This document shows, one piece after another, positions 8,827-13,395 of a stretch of DNA of 13,395 nucleotides. Location of the stretch: the NCBI GenBank assembly GCA_031414595.1, contig JANNVX010000091.1:1-13395 (forward strand). Reading direction: 5' to 3'. The first letter of the stretch is position 1; each line of letters opens with the position of its first letter. Made by a program: the position numbers and the translations under genes. The notes beneath the pieces were generated by a model, which searched no databases, was not told where the DNA came from, and was given only the letters and a program-made list of their open reading frames with translations. This DNA comes from Deinococcales bacterium. GTDB lineage: Bacteria > Deinococcota > Deinococci > Deinococcales > JAAFIG01.

Positions 8827-10794
8827 GTGAACGTGCAGCGTATATTCTTAATCATATTTTTTCTAATGGCGTGTCAACCGCCAAATCCGCCACCTGTACA
8901 AGCTCCAAGCCTTAGCTCGGATTTGCATCCAAAAGTTCTACTGAATTCGCTCGAGAAAAACCGTTTACAACAAAAATTAGTCGCCCCAGATGCAGCGACG
9001 ACACGATTTAAGGAAATGGTAGACAGAGCCGTGAGTGGTGCGAATATTTACGGCTATGAGGGTTGGTGGTCAGCTTTATTTGGACAATTAACTGGCGAAG
9101 CACGGTACTGCACCGATGCCGTGACTCGAGGCGAAATATGGCTGACCAGTGAAGCCACACGCACCAGTGCAGGGCAACGCGCCAGTGTGGCTGGAGACAG
9201 TTACCTCGAGATTGGTGAAATTGTTGGAAACCTGATGCTGACTTATGATTTTTGTTTTGATACACTCAGCCTCGTACAGCGCCTAAATTGGCGCAATTAC
9301 GCTAAACAAGCTGTTTGGAATGTTTGGAATCATACCCAAGCCAATTGGGGGGCAAGTAGCAACGCTTGGAAAGGGACGCTTGGGGCGCATCCGTGGTCTG
9401 GCTGGAGTGTCAATGACCCTGTGAACAATTATTACTATTCATTTTTGCAAGCCACGATGCTACTGGCACTCGCAGCCGGCGACGAAGACCCTGAAATCAT
9501 GGCGTACCGAGCATTTTTTCGCACCACCAAAATACAAAACGAACTTGTCCCAATCTTTGCTGCTCAGCTTAAAGGTGGCGGCTCGAGAGAAGGCACAGGG
9601 TACGGCACAGCAATGAAGAATTTATTTCGTTTGTATTATTTCTGGGAACGCTCGACTGGTGAACGACTTGCCGATTTAACCCCTCATGCCTTTGACACCA
9701 TGGCGTACACACTTCATGCGATTACACCCAGCAACGACCGTCTTGCTCCGATAGGCGATCATGCCAGGGACGAAACAGCCCGGTTTTTTGATTATCACCG
9801 TGAATTGCTGCTGACTTTAAGTGCCTTGTACCCAAATACCGCTCTGGCGGCTCGAGTCAATGCCGAATTACCAAACATGACGACTCGAGTTGGTGTGAAC
9901 GATCTGGCGATAGGGCGGATGCGCTACAATTACAATTTTATTTGGGATTTCTTGTACGAAAACACCAGCAGTACGTCCCCAATCAATCTGAACACGGTTT
10001 ATCACGCATCAGGCACGGGTCATGTTTTCGCCCGTTCAGATTGGAATTCAGATGCCACTTGGCTCGGATTCATGGCAGGGGCGTACACCCAATCCCACGC
10101 CCATCAGGATGGTTTATCGGTACTGTTCTTTAAGAACCAATGGCTAGTGCATGACCTAAACATGAACTTACCCAGTGGGATCGAACAAGGCATGAATATG
10201 CACGCCAGTTTGCAACTCGGAGCATTTACACCTTCTGAGCGTCCAGACTCGAGCGCGGCATTGGTGGCATTGCAAAACACCCCAGAATTACTGTACCTGA
10301 ACGCCAATCAAGGTACGTTGTACAGCAATCAAAATGTCAAACTCGAGCGGCAAGTGATTTGGCTTAAACCCAATGTACTGGTGCTGTGCGACCAAGGCGA
10401 ATTGGCAAATAGTAACGCGGCACAAACCGCAACTTTGCGCTTCCCTTTGCCTACTCAAGCCAGTATTTCAGGCAATTCTGCTAGCAGTGCAGGTTTACAA
10501 ATTTTCTGGCAAGCTGGCTTGAACGCCACTCAAACCGCCGTTGGTTCTGGGTTTAGGCTCGAGTTAAGCCAAACACAAGTTGGTATGCAACGAATTCAGA
10601 GCGTACTGAGCATGGCAGGAGCAGTCTCGAGCGTGGATTTTACAAGCACTACACAAGTGAACCTCAGTGATGGGCGCAGGGTTCAAGTGGATTGTGGTGC
10701 GAATGGTTTTGTGGCGTTTTCTGGCTCGAGCGGACAAGAAACTTCTCGCACCGTTTTGACTCGAGCCGTACAAGTTATTCCATTGGAGAAATGA
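8827..10794 (+). CDS. Lipoprotein of the heparinase II/III-like polysaccharide lyase superfamily
   Basis: Lipobox LMA-C followed by a Pro-rich linker. Helical N-terminal domain with NNYY, GGSREGTGYG and PIGD. C-terminal RSDW..ATW..F and SHAHQD.......WLVHD motifs. Substrate cannot be deduced. Confidence 0.75.
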   Translation: MNVQRIFLIIFFLMACQPPNPPPVQAPSLSSDLHPKVLLNSLEKNRLQQKLVAPDAATTRFKEMVDRAVSGANIYGYEGWWSALFGQLTGEARYCTDAVTRGEIWLTSEATRTSAGQRASVAGDSYLEIGEIVGNLMLTYDFCFDTLSLVQRLNWRNYAKQAVWNVWNHTQANWGASSNAWKGTLGAHPWSGWSVNDPVNNYYYSFLQATMLLALAAGDEDPEIMAYRAFFRTTKIQNELVPIFAAQLKGGGSREGTGYGTAMKNLFRLYYFWERSTGERLADLTPHAFDTMAYTLHAITPSNDRLAPIGDHARDETARFFDYHRELLLTLSALYPNTALAARVNAELPNMTTRVGVNDLAIGRMRYNYNFIWDFLYENTSSTSPINLNTVYHASGTGHVFARSDWNSDATWLGFMAGAYTQSHAHQDGLSVLFFKNQWLVHDLNMNLPSGIEQGMNMHASLQLGAFTPSERPDSSAALVALQNTPELLYLNANQGTLYSNQNVKLERQVIWLKPNVLVLCDQGELANSNAAQTATLRFPLPTQASISGNSASSAGLQIFWQAGLNATQTAVGSGFRLELSQTQVGMQRIQSVLSMAGAVSSVDFTSTTQVNLSDGRRVQVDCGANGFVAFSGSSGQETSRTVLTRAVQVIPLEK

Positions 10795-10797
10795 CCT

Positions 10798-11184
10798 ATG
10801 CAGCGCCTATCTTCGCCAATGCCACTTGTTTTGTACGAAACTGATATTGCCTTGTACTTCGGACAACTGGTGATTGTTTACGGGCAATACCAGCGCCTAT
10901 CTTTACGCCAAAGCGCCCGCTCAGATTCGCCTTTGGTGCTAACCGAAAAAGCCAAGCTAACACTCAAAGATGGCAAGATCATCTTTATCTTTCCTTTGTG
11001 GCACGAGAAATCTCAGCGCCCACCAGAAGAACTCGAGCGTTACAACAACCAAGCTGTCAAAGCCAGTGGGCTGCTGCTGTTCGAGCAAGGCAATGACCCT
11101 AATGCACCACAGGCGGCACGAAGGGTTGGTCCAGCCTTGTTGCTCGGATCGCTTGAATTGAATCCTTTCCCACATCAAGAATAG
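10798..11184 (+). CDS. Hypothetical protein
   Basis: 128-aa ORF starting 3 nt after the upstream stop on the same strand and filling the gap. It has a globular pattern (GQLVIVYGQY, LTLKDG, RPPEELERY, VKASG). Exact start uncertain. Confidence 0.65.
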   Translation: MQRLSSPMPLVLYETDIALYFGQLVIVYGQYQRLSLRQSARSDSPLVLTEKAKLTLKDGKIIFIFPLWHEKSQRPPEELERYNNQAVKASGLLLFEQGNDPNAPQAARRVGPALLLGSLELNPFPHQE

Positions 11185-11228
11185 CTTCAAAACCAACACG
11201 GGAAATCTGAAACATAAGGAGACCAACG

Positions 11229-11684
11229 ATGGGAGTATTAACCACAGCCTACTCGATTCCACCTGAAGTAATGCGAAAAATTCAGGGTTATAAAAAACAC
11301 TTGGAAAAGATTTTTCAAGCACAAAAAGACTGGAGGTTTGAAAGCTACGGTTTTGACAAAAGCTGGGAAGAAAAAATCCGCATTATTGGCAAATGCTATC
11401 CGCGCACACGCAACCGGTTAAATCATCAAAATTGTTGGAAATATCCCGATTATGATGTTTGGGTGGTCAAGCCAAAAGAGGTCAAGTTTGTGGCTGGCGA
11501 TATTGCCCGTGCAAGCTCGGAAAGCCTAAAAAAATGGGGTTTGAAAGGTGGTGTAAGAGATTATTACGGCGAAATGATTCCTGAAGAACTTTATGATTAT
11601 TACATTGAGAACATCGAAAACTTCAAAGCGTTTTTACAAAAAGCTGCGACTGACGGGAATTATCTGATATTCGCAACAGGTTAA
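11229..11684 (+). CDS. DUF1877/YfbM-like protein, paralog 1
   Basis: SD AAGGAG. Pattern MG....Y, FDKSW, P.EVK.VA..I and FKAFLQKAA..G..LIF resembles YfbM/DUF1877. Confidence 0.7.
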   Translation: MGVLTTAYSIPPEVMRKIQGYKKHLEKIFQAQKDWRFESYGFDKSWEEKIRIIGKCYPRTRNRLNHQNCWKYPDYDVWVVKPKEVKFVAGDIARASSESLKKWGLKGGVRDYYGEMIPEELYDYYIENIENFKAFLQKAATDGNYLIFATG

Positions 11685-11694
11685 GGAGAAGATT

Positions 11695-12177
11695 ATGGGT
11701 GTAATGACAAATGCGTATTCACTCGAGCCTAAGATAATGAAAAAGGTACGAGCCGATAACGAAAATTTAGCTTTTATTCTTGGCGATTGCGAAGACGAAA
11801 GCCAGCGTTGGAAAGTCGAAAGTTACGATTTTGACAAAGGAATTGAAACCTACATTACTATTATGCGTGAAGCTGGTTTTGTAAAAACAGCCAAAAACAT
11901 TGACAGCGAATGGGCAGATTTAGACCTCTTTGATTATAACGGCAATGACCTTTGGGTTATCCCGCCATCACAAGTCAAAGCAATGGTTAAAGAACTTGAA
12001 TCCGCAACCATTGAAGGGATAAAAGCCAAAAATATCGGCGGGCAAGTCACAGACCGTCGAGGCACTGTTCTGGTTGACAGTCTATTTGAAAGCTACCTGA
12101 GCGATATTGACGGTATCAAAGCGTTTTTTAGAGAAGCCATGGAAAAAGGGCATTACCTACTTTTTGCGGAGGTATAA
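11695..12177 (+). CDS. DUF1877/YfbM-like protein, paralog 2
   Basis: SD AAGGAG. Aligns end to end with paralog 1 (MGVMTNAYS, ESYDFDK, DLWVIPPSQVK, IKAFFREA..KGHYLLFA). Confidence 0.7.
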   Translation: MGVMTNAYSLEPKIMKKVRADNENLAFILGDCEDESQRWKVESYDFDKGIETYITIMREAGFVKTAKNIDSEWADLDLFDYNGNDLWVIPPSQVKAMVKELESATIEGIKAKNIGGQVTDRRGTVLVDSLFESYLSDIDGIKAFFREAMEKGHYLLFAEV

Positions 12178-12180
12178 GTC

Positions 12181-13230
12181 ATGAGTATGTATTATCGGTG
12201 CTACGGTTATTTTCGGTTTGAAAACGAATCAGAAGCCAAAAAAAATTATGACATTTTGATCACTCGAGAAGATAATCGGTTTCATTATTTCCCCGAAGAA
12301 CTTAAGCTGGCAGGGGACACGATTACATTTAAGGTAGATGGTAACTTTTCCTCTTATACCACTTGCGAAAAAACCAACGATATTATTAGCGAAGTTGCCG
12401 AAAATGCAAAGGTTGGTATCGTTAAAATAGACGAAGGTGACGGCGAAGATGCAATGTGGAGTTGGCGAACGTACTCGGTTTCAGGCACAGAAGTCTACCG
12501 AAACCACACCAAACCACAAAAGTCGTATCGGTTCAAAGGCGAACTCGAGTTTGCCGACGAAGAAGCGGCTCGTGCAGCTTGCAAAATGCTTTTAACCGAT
12601 ACTACAAATTCGATATTTACCAAGTTTTCAGCCAATCAAATTGTTTTTGATGGCGACAAAAGACAGATTGTTTTTGATGGCAAATACTTACGCATAGACG
12701 CGCATTGCGGCGGCAATGTTGCTATTTTCAAGAAAACCAAGCGGCTTTTACAAAAAATCCAAGCCCAAGCAGTAAGTGGCAATCTCGAGGCTGCCGAAAC
12801 CTTTGTACTGCGCTTCATTCCCAATAGAAGCAAAGATTCTTCGGATTGGGTCAATAATATGAACAGCCAAATTTTTTATCATTACACTGGTAGTTTGACT
12901 TTCGGCACAACCGAAGAAGCCGAAAATGCGTATCAGAAACTCATCAGCCATGAAAAAAGCGTCTTCAGAATCAATGCCAAAAATTCATTTCCGCTTTACG
13001 TAACCCACACAAAACTTGTTTTTGATGACTTCGGCAACTGCCACCGAACATTGTTTAATGACACCGAAGATTTAATCAAAGAATTTGCTGCCATTGCCAC
13101 CAAAGGAAAAATCGAAGGCGCGTTTAGCAATCTCGAGACGATGAATAGTTATTTGGTTTTTCGCATTGTACCTTCAAAAGTGCAAGCATGGAATAGATTT
13201 GTAGAAAAGAGGAAAGAAAAACAGAAATGA
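12181..13230 (+). CDS. Hypothetical protein with three internal repeats of about 110-115 aa
   Basis: SD GGAGG. Repeats begin at aa 5, 116 and 233 with the pattern Y...G...F....eA..a...L. Confidence 0.85.
   Translation: MSMYYRCYGYFRFENESEAKKNYDILITREDNRFHYFPEELKLAGDTITFKVDGNFSSYTTCEKTNDIISEVAENAKVGIVKIDEGDGEDAMWSWRTYSVSGTEVYRNHTKPQKSYRFKGELEFADEEAARAACKMLLTDTTNSIFTKFSANQIVFDGDKRQIVFDGKYLRIDAHCGGNVAIFKKTKRLLQKIQAQAVSGNLEAAETFVLRFIPNRSKDSSDWVNNMNSQIFYHYTGSLTFGTTEEAENAYQKLISHEKSVFRINAKNSFPLYVTHTKLVFDDFGNCHRTLFNDTEDLIKEFAAIATKGKIEGAFSNLETMNSYLVFRIVPSKVQAWNRFVEKRKEKQK
12640..12681 (+). repeat. 15-bp direct repeat with 27-bp period (QIVFDG twice)
   Basis: ATTGTTTTTGATGGC at 12640-12654 and 12667-12681. 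Confidence 0.9.
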
Positions 13231-13259
13231 GCATTTACTACTCATTCAACGGTCAACTA
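13227..13259 (+). pseudogene. 5' stub of a gene paralogous to the repeat protein, interrupted by the IS630-like element
   Basis: ATGA overlap with the upstream stop. Reads MSIYYSFNGQL (compare MSMYYRCYGYF and IFYHYTGSL), then runs into IS sequence and stops at 13286. Confidence 0.65.
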
Positions 13260-13395
13260 AGTGCTTCCCGTGTAACAATCAGATAATGACACCTCCAATT
13301 GCTGTCAACGCTACCATCAAAGCAGCCCGCAATTCAGTCAGTGAGTCATAACAACGACGCGGCATCAAAAATCCTTTGATTTTACGCCAGATATT
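13260..13395 (-). mobile_element. Right end of an IS630-family insertion sequence
   Basis: The transposase tail on the minus strand is followed by a short end ...TTACACGGGAAGCACT and then TA (13258-13259), the canonical IS630 target. Confidence 0.75.
13279..13395 (-). CDS. C-terminal fragment of an IS630-family transposase (5' part outside window)
   Basis: Reads NIWRKIKGFLMPRRCYDSLTELRAALMVALTAIGGVII*, matching the W..lK.....r.y.s..eL segment that follows the catalytic Glu in IS630/DDE_3 transposases. Confidence 0.75.
   Translation of the reverse strand, partial: NIWRKIKGFLMPRRCYDSLTELRAALMVALTAIGGVII

Noticed and set aside
10801-10911. 13-bp direct repeat CAGCGCCTATCTT (10801, 10891)
   Set aside because: Only two copies 90 bp apart inside one ORF, with no array or element structure. 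It may only indicate an uncertain start.

Overview
A Deinococcota (Deinococcales-like) chromosomal segment, judged from its RimO/LigA/PsuG style and the -10 boxes sitting directly before start codons. Both ends are the tails of insertion sequences, so the window is probably a contig broken at IS repeats. On the left an ISAzo13-like element cuts a PIN/VapC-like gene; on the right an IS630-like element has inserted at a TA in a small gene. Core genes are a patatin-Omp85 barrel fusion, clpS, psuG-rodZ, rimO, a convergent ligA-alkA operon and a heparinase II/III-like lipoprotein. These are followed by an AT-richer cassette of two DUF1877/YfbM-like paralogs and a protein built of three internal repeats. 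The most striking signal not explained by genes is the palindrome CTCGAG. I count about 65 copies by hand against about 3 expected, in all three reading frames and between genes, which resembles cyanobacterial HIP1. Also notable are a near-consensus RDRM (DdrO-type operator) covering the ligA -10 box and start codon, and a 174-bp element with terminal inverted repeats that carries a GTAG-REP doublet with compensatory stem changes. Family calls come from motif recognition only; no searches were run.
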